Shown here piece by piece: positions 35,039 to 44,686 of a stretch of 64,000 nucleotides of DNA. This DNA comes from an uncultured Oscillospiraceae bacterium. Lineage in GTDB: Bacteria; Bacillota; Clostridia; Oscillospirales; Oscillospiraceae. The position numbers and the translations under genes are program-made. The stretch is from the NCBI GenBank assembly GCA_947630345.1, contig CANRHF010000001.1, forward strand, positions 5,341 to 69,340. Reading direction: 5' to 3'. Under the pieces are notes generated by a model. It was not told where the DNA came from. It saw only the letters and a program-made list of their open reading frames with translations, and did no database searches. Positions within the stretch are counted from its first letter, which is position 1, and every line of letters starts with the position of its first letter.

Positions 35039-36200
35039 CGCCGTTTCCTTCCATTGACAGCAAGCTTACAACAAAATCCCCACAAGCTACACCAACCTCA
35101 AGGCTCATCTGCCCTGGCATGATCTTTTCTGCCCGCATCCGGGCCTCCTTGTACTCGTTGTACTTTTGCCGGTAACGGTAGCTGGGTCCGAAGATGGCCC
35201 ACGCCGCCTTGACCACGTTGGGCTCGTAGGGTTGGATCAGCTCCAAATCTTGGACAGCCTTATAGGAGATCGGGCAGCCGCAGCATCCGGTCCTGGTCAG
35301 CCCGTAGACCTCGTAAGCATCACTGTACCTGATCCCATAGGAGTCCTTATACCAGGCCTTGTCGGTATCGCTGACATAGTACAGCGGCCGCAGCCGATAC
35401 TGCCCGCTGCTGGTCTCGGTAAAGCAAAGAGAAGTATTGTCTTTTCGCGGTACGGATCTCATCCCTCCCTCGTCCCGGCGCTCTCCAGTAATAATCATGT
35501 CGTAGTCCTTCTGGACCCGATGTGCAGCTTGTTTTTTGCAGCAGTCGCAACACTGTGCGCTGATTTTGAAATCCGGCGGGCACTCAGCGATAAAGTCCCT
35601 CATGTACTTGCTGCTGTTGATCACCAACTGGATATTTGGCCGTGGCTCCCCGGCAGCGTTGCAGCAGCACAGGAAATTGATCAGGCTCTCGCAGCCGGGA
35701 TAGCGTTCTTTCAGTTCCCGGCGCTTGGCCGGCTTATCTTCCGCCTGGTCGTACTCCTCCGCAATGGAAAGTGGTACGTCCTTTTTCTGCCACTCGGATA
35801 ATCCGGCGGACATGATCTTGGAGACAAAGGGGATCCCATATTTCCGGGTGGCGTTGACGATATTGACTTTCGGCCGGACGGTCTCAATCTCCACGCCATA
35901 TTTCCGGGCCGTAGCCTCCACATGGTCCTTCGTGGCTTGCATCTCCAGCCCAGTGTTGAAAAACACATACTTGATCGGAGGTAGGCTGAAAACCTTCCGC
36001 GTCCGTTCAATCAGGTCAATCAAAATATCGCTGTCAGATCCGCCGGAATAGGAGCAGATCGCTTTCGGGTGTTGCGTCAGCCTCTTGGCGATAATACTCT
36101 CGATTGCCTGAAATTTCGCAGGCGCATCAAAATCTGCATAGGCTGGCCGGTCGGTATAGGCCCTGCTCTTGTATCCTTCCTGGTTGTTTTGAATGTACAT
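34989..36200 (-). CDS. PAPS-reductase-family protein, Fe-S type
   Basis: SYSGGSDS, QCCDCCKK, TGERRDEGG, RTGCCGCP. Confidence 0.85.
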   Translation of the reverse strand: MYIQNNQEGYKSRAYTDRPAYADFDAPAKFQAIESIIAKRLTQHPKAICSYSGGSDSDILIDLIERTRKVFSLPPIKYVFFNTGLEMQATKDHVEATARKYGVEIETVRPKVNIVNATRKYGIPFVSKIMSAGLSEWQKKDVPLSIAEEYDQAEDKPAKRRELKERYPGCESLINFLCCCNAAGEPRPNIQLVINSSKYMRDFIAECPPDFKISAQCCDCCKKQAAHRVQKDYDMIITGERRDEGGMRSVPRKDNTSLCFTETSSGQYRLRPLYYVSDTDKAWYKDSYGIRYSDAYEVYGLTRTGCCGCPISYKAVQDLELIQPYEPNVVKAAWAIFGPSYRYRQKYNEYKEARMRAEKIMPGQMSLEVGVACGDFVVSLLSMEGNGDDKNQIYWNKEASGNA

Positions 36201-36212
36201 GGCTGCTCTCCA

Positions 36213-36569
36213 TCACCGCCAGTTTTTCTTCGACCGTTTGTAATTTGGTTTCGCAACCTCCGGGTAGCGGGTTGCAAACGGGACTAGGCTTTCACCGAAG
36301 ATCTCTCTGAGCATGGCATCCAGATGCTCCTGCTGCACGTCGGACTCAACCTCCATGCTCCAGGCATCGCCAAGCTCTCGCTCATATTGGTAGAGCGCTT
36401 CAAACAATTTTCGGATCCGGTCCGCGCCGAAGGTGTCCTTGCCCATGACCGCCGGATCGTGGAGGCAAAGACACATTAAATCAAAGCATTTCTGCATACC
36501 AATCTGCATTCCTATGCTCAGAGAGGCTTGCTCAATTTCCCGCTGTTTTTTGAGATAAGCGTTTGGCAT
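36213..36569 (-). CDS. Hypothetical phage protein
   Basis: AAAGGA RBS; MGKDTFGADRI segment. Confidence 0.65.
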   Translation of the reverse strand: MPNAYLKKQREIEQASLSIGMQIGMQKCFDLMCLCLHDPAVMGKDTFGADRIRKLFEALYQYERELGDAWSMEVESDVQQEHLDAMLREIFGESLVPFATRYPEVAKPNYKRSKKNWR

Positions 36570-36587
36570 ATGATCTGTCCTTTCTTT

Positions 36588-39086
36588 TTACGCCTCCAGC
36601 AAATCAAAGAGGCTGAAATTATCATCTGTCCGCTCATATTCCTGCAAATAGCCTACTGCGTCCCGAAAATAATCGCTGTTCAGCTCAACCGTGTATCCTT
36701 TCCGCCCCCCCTTAATTGCCTCTAAGGCAACAGTGCCAATACCACCGAAGGGGTCAAGGACCAGATCGCCGGGGTTAGAATAGCGGTTGATGAGTCGGTC
36801 CACGATATCAAGCTGGAGCGGGCACACATGAAGCTGCTGCCGGCGCTGGCTCTGGGTGGTATTGAGAGTCCTCATCCGGTTGATGTCGTCCCACACCTGA
36901 TCGGTCCAGCTCCCCGGCGCCACTACCATAAAAGTCGCGGGCAGGTGTCCGTCTTCATCCAATTTTTTTGCCAGGGCTACATGGTCTGCATAGCTGTACA
37001 CGCTGCCACGGCTGAACTTTCGATAGGCAGCTTGAAGCCGATCTACCGGCATCTTCTCCAGCTCTTTCTTTGTCAAAAGCCGGTCTCCGCTGGATCTCCA
37101 AAATCCATGGGCGTCAATCTGCCACTGGGCACGGGTATAATCGTCTTTGGACTTTACCACCGGCTCGTCGGCATAGGCTTTTGAGTGATCAGTTGGCAGC
37201 TTGCGGAACAGCAGGATGTACTCAGGACATCCAACGCCCATCTTGGAGCCGTCCTTGCACTGCTCGGTCCACCCCAGCCGGTAGGTCTGATTGTTCTCTC
37301 GGACCACGTCGGTGACCACGGTGATCATGCCGAAGTAAGCAAATCCGTGGCGCATATAGTGTTCGATGCACAGCGCATGGAAGGGTTCCATCGTGGGCAT
37401 CCCCATTCCGGTGGCGTTGCCAAACAGCACCCGATCCTTGACATGGCAGCAGAAAACCCGGCCCGGTTTCAGAACTCGAAGCAGATTGGGTGTTAAATAA
37501 TCCATCTGCTCAAAGAACTTCTCGGTATCTTTGTTGTGCCCGAAGTCGTTATAACTTGGGGTGTACTCATAATGGTTTGAAAAGGGAATTGAAGTTACGA
37601 TCAGATCTACGCTGTCATTCTCCATTTTCTTAGTTTCCTCGACGCAATCGTTATTGACTGCAACAAAGTTTTTCCCTTTTACTTCCACACGATCAACTCC
37701 TATGCTTCTGGCCATGGCTTCCGCCATCTGGACTCCACCTAGGCCGTATTTTTTCACGATTTCCCGCATTCGCTGCTGCAGGTGGTTGTGCTGCTTCCAT
37801 TTTTCCATCAGCGTCCGGTAAATGGGATCTTCGGCCTCGGTGCAGATGATGTCGATGATCACCGTCTCTGTCTGGAGGAACCGATAGATACGATGGATCG
37901 CCTGGATAAAATCGTTGAACTCATAGTCAATGCCGATAAATATAGCCCGGTGACAATGCCTCTGGAAATTGCATCCGGAGCCGGACAGACTCTTTTTCGT
38001 CGCAAACAGCCGGGTTTTCCCTTCGGAGAAGTCAATAACCCGATGTTCGCGCTCATCGTAGTCCATAGATCCGTAGATATCCACCACATCCGGTATGGCG
38101 GCTTTAATGGCATTTCGTTCGGCCTCTAAATCATGCCAGAGCAGAAAATGCGCTTCCGGATCGCTATCTACAATTTCCTTTGCTTTTGCCACCCGAATCG
38201 AAATGCTTTCCCGTTTCTCTTTTGCCGCTTCGGCTAGATACATTGTTACATCGTTGATGATCTTGTACTGACCGTCTCGGTCGAGATTGCTGTTGTAACC
38301 CTCGGCTACCACATGGCGGCGAATCTCCAGCGGCGGAAGGTCATAGCCTTCATCCGGATATCCCAGATCGGAGGGCGTTGTCAATACCAACGCCCATGAG
38401 CTCACCCAAAGCCAAAACTCATCCTCTTTGTGCGGGTATAGCGTCAAGTTATTGGCTTTGGTACTGTCCCTCTGAAAAAACCGGGTCAGGGCCTGGCCGG
38501 TGTCCATGATCTCCAGGAAGCCGGCATAATGGATCAGCTCTTTGTACTTGTTGGGAGACGGTGTAGCTGTCGCAACCAGCTTATACGGTATGCCCTTAAA
38601 CTTGTCCAAAAATGTCTGATATGTTTTGCTGCCAAAGGATCTAAGGACCGACGCTTCGTCCAGTACAGTTGCTGTGAAGACAGCCGGGTCAATATCCCCA
38701 TCCCGGACCCGCTCATAGTTCGTCATGAGGACTGCAGCATCCTGATTGTCATTGATTTCGGCCATTGTGCGGACATAGACTGGCGGACTTGACCATCCCA
38801 GCAGTTCCACGGCGTCCCGGCAAAACTCCTGCCGTACCCCGAGGGGTAGTACGATGAGCGCCTGACCTCCTTGGTGCGCTGTAACTAAGCGGCAAAATTC
38901 AAGCTCCTGCACGGTCTTTCCAAGGCCAAAAGACTCAAACAGTCCCCTTCTCCCGCCTTGAACAGCCCAACGCACAGCATCTGCCTGGTGCGGTTTCAAG
39001 GCGGGATTGACTTCATCTGGATCAACTGCAAATCCTGTCCGCTTTGCCAGAGCGATTTTCCCCCGCAAAAAATCCAGGTACGTCAT
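36588..39086 (-). CDS. SNF2-like helicase domain fused to N4-C/N6-A DNA methyltransferase
   Basis: GLGKT, LDEAS, TATPSPN; TSIPF and LDPFGGIGT (beta-class order). Confidence 0.9.
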   Translation of the reverse strand: MTYLDFLRGKIALAKRTGFAVDPDEVNPALKPHQADAVRWAVQGGRRGLFESFGLGKTVQELEFCRLVTAHQGGQALIVLPLGVRQEFCRDAVELLGWSSPPVYVRTMAEINDNQDAAVLMTNYERVRDGDIDPAVFTATVLDEASVLRSFGSKTYQTFLDKFKGIPYKLVATATPSPNKYKELIHYAGFLEIMDTGQALTRFFQRDSTKANNLTLYPHKEDEFWLWVSSWALVLTTPSDLGYPDEGYDLPPLEIRRHVVAEGYNSNLDRDGQYKIINDVTMYLAEAAKEKRESISIRVAKAKEIVDSDPEAHFLLWHDLEAERNAIKAAIPDVVDIYGSMDYDEREHRVIDFSEGKTRLFATKKSLSGSGCNFQRHCHRAIFIGIDYEFNDFIQAIHRIYRFLQTETVIIDIICTEAEDPIYRTLMEKWKQHNHLQQRMREIVKKYGLGGVQMAEAMARSIGVDRVEVKGKNFVAVNNDCVEETKKMENDSVDLIVTSIPFSNHYEYTPSYNDFGHNKDTEKFFEQMDYLTPNLLRVLKPGRVFCCHVKDRVLFGNATGMGMPTMEPFHALCIEHYMRHGFAYFGMITVVTDVVRENNQTYRLGWTEQCKDGSKMGVGCPEYILLFRKLPTDHSKAYADEPVVKSKDDYTRAQWQIDAHGFWRSSGDRLLTKKELEKMPVDRLQAAYRKFSRGSVYSYADHVALAKKLDEDGHLPATFMVVAPGSWTDQVWDDINRMRTLNTTQSQRRQQLHVCPLQLDIVDRLINRYSNPGDLVLDPFGGIGTVALEAIKGGRKGYTVELNSDYFRDAVGYLQEYERTDDNFSLFDLLEA

Positions 39087-39090
39087 GTCT

Positions 39091-39546
39091 CTATTCCTCC
39101 AGATTTACCGGAATCAAATCGCCGGGGTGGACGCTTGGGAAAAGATTTTGGTTAATTCTTCCGATTGTGCCTACTACGATGGAACTCTCATCGTCTTCCG
39201 TAATGTAAAACATTGACCCGTCAAAAATCGGTTTATCGTCCCAAAGTGTAACTCTTGACTTTCCGATGCCGATTGCGTTCATGCTCACCCACTTTGCCCC
39301 CACTGCCTTGCAGATTGCCAGCTCCGGCTCGGTCAGGAGCGAAGTGCGAATGATGGCTTCGGGATGGGCGATTATTTTTATCAGGTCTTCCTCGCAGTCA
39401 CAGGCAAGCCAGCCATTGTTATCGTCCCAGTACTCCCTCACGCCAGAGTGGATGCGGTACAACCCGAAACACCCTGGATAACTCCACGTTTTGTCTTCTT
39501 CCACCCCCAGCACCTTGGACAGGGGAGACTTTGCTAAATTTTCCAT
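39091..39546 (-). CDS. Hypothetical phage protein
   Basis: GGAGG RBS; coupled in early operon. Confidence 0.6.
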   Translation of the reverse strand: MENLAKSPLSKVLGVEEDKTWSYPGCFGLYRIHSGVREYWDDNNGWLACDCEEDLIKIIAHPEAIIRTSLLTEPELAICKAVGAKWVSMNAIGIGKSRVTLWDDKPIFDGSMFYITEDDESSIVVGTIGRINQNLFPSVHPGDLIPVNLEE

Positions 39547-39548
39547 AT

Positions 39549-39740
39549 TCATTCTCCTCCGCAAATTGTTTCATCGGCTGTGTCTTCTTCGCGGGAATTC
39601 TTACATCCGAAAACGGCCCGCCGGATCGCTCCGATTTTGAGTTCCCAGTAGTCGTAACGCTCTTTGCAGGGGCGGAAACATTGCTTGATTCTGGTACAGT
39701 GTTCGCAAGGGCTACACGCAATTTCAGTGTTTTCTGCCAT
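39549..39740 (-). CDS. Small Cys-rich hypothetical protein
   Basis: SPCEHC; fills gap in operon. Confidence 0.45.
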   Translation of the reverse strand: MAENTEIACSPCEHCTRIKQCFRPCKERYDYWELKIGAIRRAVFGCKNSREEDTADETICGGE

Positions 39741-39746
39741 GTCACA

Positions 39747-40286
39747 TCACATCCTTTTTAGGCCATCGACACCAAACATCAGAGCGGCGATTCTCTCACA
39801 GGCGATGTCGATGTCCTTGTAGATGGTACGCTCCACCACGCCCTCAGCCCGGGCCAACTCTGGCACCGTCCGGCGTCGCTCGTTAATGTAGAGTCCGTCA
39901 ATGACCCGCCAGCGGCGCTCGTCCTCCGGAGTACCGGTATAGGTGCAGTACGCCTTGTAGAGCGCCATCATGGTCTCCATGTGCTTGACGATAGTAGCGG
40001 TCCGTGCAACGGACTGCTTAATGCTCTCCACGAACAGGGTATTGTCTCGTCCGGGCATCATCAGATCAGCCAAAATCTCCTCGGGGGATTCGTAGTCCTC
40101 CACCTTGAAGACTGCGTTGGCAACGTGAGTTTGAAACACGCGGTAATTCCGCAATAGCAGTTTCGTATTACGGAGGCGGCGATCCGCCGCCTCCCGACGC
40201 TCTCGCTGGCGCTCTCTGTCCAGCGTTTCTATTGCCGCCTTTGCTCCGGTTTCAGCGGCAAGTTTCACGATCTCATCAGTGTTCAT
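39747..40286 (-). CDS. Putative late-gene transcriptional activator
   Basis: RLRNTKLLLRNYR N-terminus; C-terminal HTH VVERTIYKDIDIA..LMFG. Confidence 0.7.
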   Translation of the reverse strand: MNTDEIVKLAAETGAKAAIETLDRERQRERREAADRRLRNTKLLLRNYRVFQTHVANAVFKVEDYESPEEILADLMMPGRDNTLFVESIKQSVARTATIVKHMETMMALYKAYCTYTGTPEDERRWRVIDGLYINERRRTVPELARAEGVVERTIYKDIDIACERIAALMFGVDGLKRM

Positions 40287-40341
40287 GGGTTTCCCACCTC
40301 CGGTTGCTTTACTGCTCAGTTGTCAAAGTCACTTCTGCGGC

Positions 40342-41790
40342 CTATCCCTCGGAACTGGTCTCCAACAGATTGCACGTTCCATTCTGCATGGCCTTTTCCT
40401 CATCGGACATCTCATAGCCCAGGGAGATCAGGAAGTCATAAAGCTGGTCAAGGTCATCATTGGCCTTGTAGACGTGGTGATAGGCGCCGTCGCTCCATTC
40501 CATCTTCCAGTACCCGTTCTCGTCGTTATCGCAGGAAGCATAGGCGCAGGCCAGGAGGGCGTACTCGGGGTTCAGCTCCATCTCGGCTTCGACCATGGCC
40601 CTGAGTGCAGCAAAGTCGGTGTCGTCATCAATGTCCAGATCCAGCAGCTCGGCCAGCAGTTCGGTGTTGATGTCGTCCGATCTGTACCCGCCGTTGCCCA
40701 CGATGATGCTGGCGGCGTACTTCATGATCTGCAGGGCGTTCCGCTTGGCCGCTCCGAAGCTGGAGACGAACTCGGACCGCAGGGCGAAGTGTCGCTCAGT
40801 GATTTCCTCCAGCTCGTCCCCGGCGCGCTCAAACTCCCGCTCCCGTTCTTTACGCTGAATGTCCTCCTCGGTTTCGAGCCGGTCCCGGTGGTCCTTGTAG
40901 ATGTAGATCTCGGTGTCGCTGATGGTGTAGTAGTAACCGACCGTATCAGTGTCCGCCGGTCGCTCCACCTCGGCGCGCTGGTTCCACTTGTGATAATTCG
41001 CGTGGTAATCCATTGGGACCTCAGTATCTCCCACATAGCCTCGCTTCGCAATTTTTGTGGCAAAGGCGGAGACGTCCGCCTCCCACTGGGCCAGCCGCTT
41101 TTTGAGTTTGTCGTCCTCGATGGCCTTTTTCAGCGCATCCCGGAAGTTGGCCGTACCGATCGCATCTAGGGCCCGGTTCTTCAGCTCGGGGGCCTCGATC
41201 CGCTCCAGCTCCAGGTAGTCCTGAAGTGTGGCCCCTCGGGCCTCGGACTTCTTGAACTTATCCGGGTCTAACTCCAGGAGCTTCACCCGGCGGCGGATGG
41301 TGCTCTTGGAGAAGCCGCTGTCCTTGGAAATACTCTCCACCGTCTCCCCCATGTCCAGCATAAGCTGGAAGCCCTGGGCCTGCTCATACACGGTAAGGTC
41401 GCTCCGCTGAATGTTCTCCATGAGCATGGTCTTGATCTGCTCCTGGGGAGTCATTTCAGCGATGACACAGGGGACTTCGGAGATCCCCGCCTTTTTGGCA
41501 GCCGCCAGCCGGCGATGGCCGATGATAACTGTGTATCCATCAGAAATATCGCCTACGCTGGGGTCGTCTTTGTACTGCGTAAGGGCCACCTCTCGCGGGA
41601 CACCCTCCCGCTTTGCCATTTGAATATACTCGTCACGAGTGGCCCGGCAGCCTGCAACCACGGTCAGATTCTGGAATATCCCGTTGGCCTTGATGCTGTC
41701 GGCCAGCTCTGTAAGATCTCCTAAGTCCTTGCGGGGATTGTTGGGGTGGGGATGAAGCAGGTTTACCGGCAAATAAATCATTTCGGTCAT
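40342..41790 (-). CDS. ParB/RepB/Spo0J family protein
   Basis: HPNNPRK, IIGHRRLAA, ENIQRSDL, HTH. Confidence 0.9.
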   Translation of the reverse strand: MTEMIYLPVNLLHPHPNNPRKDLGDLTELADSIKANGIFQNLTVVAGCRATRDEYIQMAKREGVPREVALTQYKDDPSVGDISDGYTVIIGHRRLAAAKKAGISEVPCVIAEMTPQEQIKTMLMENIQRSDLTVYEQAQGFQLMLDMGETVESISKDSGFSKSTIRRRVKLLELDPDKFKKSEARGATLQDYLELERIEAPELKNRALDAIGTANFRDALKKAIEDDKLKKRLAQWEADVSAFATKIAKRGYVGDTEVPMDYHANYHKWNQRAEVERPADTDTVGYYYTISDTEIYIYKDHRDRLETEEDIQRKEREREFERAGDELEEITERHFALRSEFVSSFGAAKRNALQIMKYAASIIVGNGGYRSDDINTELLAELLDLDIDDDTDFAALRAMVEAEMELNPEYALLACAYASCDNDENGYWKMEWSDGAYHHVYKANDDLDQLYDFLISLGYEMSDEEKAMQNGTCNLLETSSEG

Positions 41791-41802
41791 GTTGCGCTCC
41801 TT

Positions 41803-42591
41803 TCAGTCATCGGTTTCTTTAACACCACAGATGTACTTGGCCCGGCGCAGAGCGGCGGGGCTCCGCTGGGCCTGCCACGCTCCCTCACTGGGGGCCCACC
41901 TGAATCCGTAGCTCTTGAGCCTTGCCCGGACCCCATCGTCCGGCTTCTCATCAAAGATGATTTGCACCCGGTTGATTTCCTCGTTGGTAACGATTCTGCC
42001 GCCCTCAAATCCGATTGAAACGCACTCCATCTCGTCAACAGCTCGAAGGGCCTCCATCCGCTTTTTCAACCGATTGATTTCGGCATTACGGTTGGACAGG
42101 CACCAGGCGGGGACCGGGCGGCGCAGGCGTTCCGGCTCTTTTGACAGTTCCGCATCTATGTGTGCAGCCTTGTCATCAGGCAGGCCGGGAAACCCTCTTA
42201 TAGTCTTATGCTTGCGGTAATAGGCATTACGGGCCTTGTCCATATTCTGGGCAGCCTCCAAAGCCTGAAGCTTGACGGCCAGCTTGTCCAGGGCATTGGG
42301 ATCATCGCCGCTAATAGCACGGTTATTCGCGGCAGCCTCAGCCCGGCTTTCGTAGTGGGCCGCTTTTTGGTCATGGACCATGGCACGGTCCATAGCTGCC
42401 GCACTCCGCTCCCGCAGTCGGGGAAGTTGGGGCCTCCCAACGATATTTGGCTGGCCGAAGGGAATATCCTTTACCAAGTCGTGGCTCTGTTTGAACTCCG
42501 CAGCAGCCAGGTCGGCCTCTTTTTTGGCGCGGGCTTCCAGCCGGTCGATTCGCGCCTGGCGGCGCTCCTCATAGTCTTCTCTGCCAGACAT
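41803..42591 (-). CDS. DUF3560-like protein
   Basis: YEERRQAR, IPFGQP, AISGDDP, NRVQIIFDEKP..LKSYGFRWAPSEGAWQ. Confidence 0.75.
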   Translation of the reverse strand: MSGREDYEERRQARIDRLEARAKKEADLAAAEFKQSHDLVKDIPFGQPNIVGRPQLPRLRERSAAAMDRAMVHDQKAAHYESRAEAAANNRAISGDDPNALDKLAVKLQALEAAQNMDKARNAYYRKHKTIRGFPGLPDDKAAHIDAELSKEPERLRRPVPAWCLSNRNAEINRLKKRMEALRAVDEMECVSIGFEGGRIVTNEEINRVQIIFDEKPDDGVRARLKSYGFRWAPSEGAWQAQRSPAALRRAKYICGVKETDD

Positions 42592-43220
42592 CAGGCGTCC
42601 TCCTCTTCCCAGGTGTAGGGGTAGCAGAATACATGCCCGCCGATGGTGCCCCACACGTTGTCGTTCTCGCCTGTCTGGCTGAAAAACACGACCTCCAAAG
42701 GCAGGATATTGGGGCCATTAAGCGCAGCGTTAATTGCGTCATACTGCACATAAGTAGGGTTAGCTCCATCAATGCGCTCAATCGTTGTAAATTGTCCCTC
42801 TTCGTAAATCACACCGGAGAACGAATTGGGGAAGTATGGAGAAAGGATCCGGTTAAGGACTACTTCTGCAGCAGCTTGCTGCCCTTCAAATGGTTCTGTA
42901 CCGGCCTCCAGCCAAAGCACTTTGGCGAAGACATCTAGTTCCTCAGCCGATAGGACAATGGATTCATACCTGCCCAGTGGCGGGGCAGTTTCTGCGGGCT
43001 GTTCAGTCGGCAAATATGTAGTATCTGTCGGTTCCTCCACCGAGAGTCCTTCTGTACTACAATGCGCTTCCTGTGTTGGATCAGATTCAATCGGTACTGT
43101 CGGCGGCAGCGTTGCAATGGTGACGATCGTGTTATATCCACTTTGCGATTCTGGATAAGATACACACCCGATCATGATCAACGGCACCAGCATGAGCAGT
43201 ACAATAGCCTTCTTTGTCAT
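42591..43220 (-). CDS. SleB/Hydrolase_2-like cell wall hydrolase with signal or lipoprotein leader
   Basis: EAGTEPFEGQQAAAEVVLNR, VIYEEGQF, IGGHVF; hydrophobic leader ending IGC. Confidence 0.82.
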   Translation of the reverse strand: MTKKAIVLLMLVPLIMIGCVSYPESQSGYNTIVTIATLPPTVPIESDPTQEAHCSTEGLSVEEPTDTTYLPTEQPAETAPPLGRYESIVLSAEELDVFAKVLWLEAGTEPFEGQQAAAEVVLNRILSPYFPNSFSGVIYEEGQFTTIERIDGANPTYVQYDAINAALNGPNILPLEVVFFSQTGENDNVWGTIGGHVFCYPYTWEEEDA

Positions 43221-44164
43221 ATTGAATACCCTCCTTTGTTTTCTTCTTGTTCTTGGTCGTAAATTTCTGCCTGGGCCAAGGTGCCGATTCTGCGCTGCGC
43301 CAAGCGCCCAAGTACTCCGTTGATGTAGCGCCAATCTCCAGGCTTTCCGGCCTGAGCAGCCTGTTCAAACGCATACATCAGCAAGTCGATGCGATCCTTC
43401 GGAAAAGTCACCCGGAAACTATGGGAATGCTCGTCCATCTCGCTGACATGGATGGCCTGGAACACATTTGCCCTGTCGGTATCCGTGGGAGGCCGATGGG
43501 TAAATTTCGAGAAAATGACATCTGTGTAAACAGAGACAGTCATAAGGTTTTCCGGTGTTACGCCAAGGTAGGACCTGGCATTCAGGCCACGGCTGCTCAA
43601 ATAATCAGCGGCAATTTTCTCGGCATCCGCGCGCGCGTCACCACCAACAGAGAAAGATATATTATTCTCTACTTGACTAGACTCTACTACGCTAGCCTCT
43701 CCTGACCTATCCTGTGTATCCAAACTGGATACATTGCCAAAACCCGTTGGCATTGCTGGATGTTCGCTTTCTGTGTCCGGTTTGGATACAGAACGGATAC
43801 ATGGCTTTGCACCGTCTCCAGGATGGTCTGTATACGCACCTCCGGGCTTTAGATACAGGGTTCCTTTTTCCTCCTGATACAGCGTTGGTTTGTAACGGTC
43901 CTTTTGGATGTAGTTAGAGATCTTCCAATGCTTAAGCACCACTACTCCACTGCTAAACGCCAAAATAAACCGTTTTGCCATCAACAGGCGAAGATCATCA
44001 TCTGCAGCGCCCACCAGCTTCTGGATGCGCCGCGCATTACTGACAAAACCGTCATCATCCGCCCGCATGCCAAGGTGGAAATACAGCGCTTGAGCAGACA
44101 GCGGCATATCCATAAAGGCATCTGTATCCACGATCTGCAGAGAAAACATTCTACGTTGCGCCAT
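43217..44164 (-). CDS. Replication initiator (replisome organizer)
   Basis: MAQRRMFS..DAFMDMPLSAQALYFHLGMRADDDGF; DnaD-like WRYINGVL C-terminus. Confidence 0.85.
   Translation of the reverse strand: MAQRRMFSLQIVDTDAFMDMPLSAQALYFHLGMRADDDGFVSNARRIQKLVGAADDDLRLLMAKRFILAFSSGVVVLKHWKISNYIQKDRYKPTLYQEEKGTLYLKPGGAYTDHPGDGAKPCIRSVSKPDTESEHPAMPTGFGNVSSLDTQDRSGEASVVESSQVENNISFSVGGDARADAEKIAADYLSSRGLNARSYLGVTPENLMTVSVYTDVIFSKFTHRPPTDTDRANVFQAIHVSEMDEHSHSFRVTFPKDRIDLLMYAFEQAAQAGKPGDWRYINGVLGRLAQRRIGTLAQAEIYDQEQEENKGGYSI
43660..43805. repeat. Putative origin iterons inside initiator gene
   Basis: GGATACA at 43727, 43784, 43795 with inverted TGTATCC 43715 and TGTGTCC 43772; repeated CTCTACT nearby. Confidence 0.55.
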
Positions 44165-44178
44165 GTGTTACCGCCTCC

Positions 44179-44322
44179 TCAGAATGGCAGATCTCCGTCG
44201 TCTTTGCTCTTAAAATCTCGCTCTACAGCCAGAGAAAATGAGGCAACTGGGGTGCCGTTTTGTGTGTGTCTCAGCTCCGGATCGCGGGTCAGGCGGTCCA
44301 TCAGGACAACGTGGTTAAGCAT
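44179..44322 (-). pseudogene. ssb: Internally deleted single-stranded DNA-binding protein (47 aa)
   Basis: [37 protein letters not shown] joined directly to the acidic tip DDGDLPF. Confidence 0.75.
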
Positions 44323-44581
44323 CGACACTCTCCCCCTGCTCCAAATCGGCCATAGCCCTATCCTTGGCCTGGGCATCAGACGTTACCATCAGGGATTCGA
44401 GGTCAAGAACACGCTTGGCGTACTTGACTATGTTATTGACCTCGTAACCGGCACAGTCGCTCTCAAATGCGCTGATGATCATGTCGAGAATGGCTCCTTT
44501 TTTCATCAGCAACCGATATTCCTCAATTGGAATCGTCACGGTAGCCTCCAGAGAAATCCGCATGTCGGTCTTTTCGCTCAT
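44315..44581 (-). CDS. Hypothetical phage protein
   Basis: AAGGAG RBS; [11 protein letters not shown]. Confidence 0.6.
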   Translation of the reverse strand: MSEKTDMRISLEATVTIPIEEYRLLMKKGAILDMIISAFESDCAGYEVNNIVKYAKRVLDLESLMVTSDAQAKDRAMADLEQGESVDA

Positions 44582-44686
44582 GTTCTTAGCTCCTTGTTAT
44601 AGAGTAGTAGTTTTTAGTGACCCTCTCCAAGGTCATGTGCTACACTGTAAGGGATGCTGCTGCACAGCTCCGCTGTTGTGATGTAG

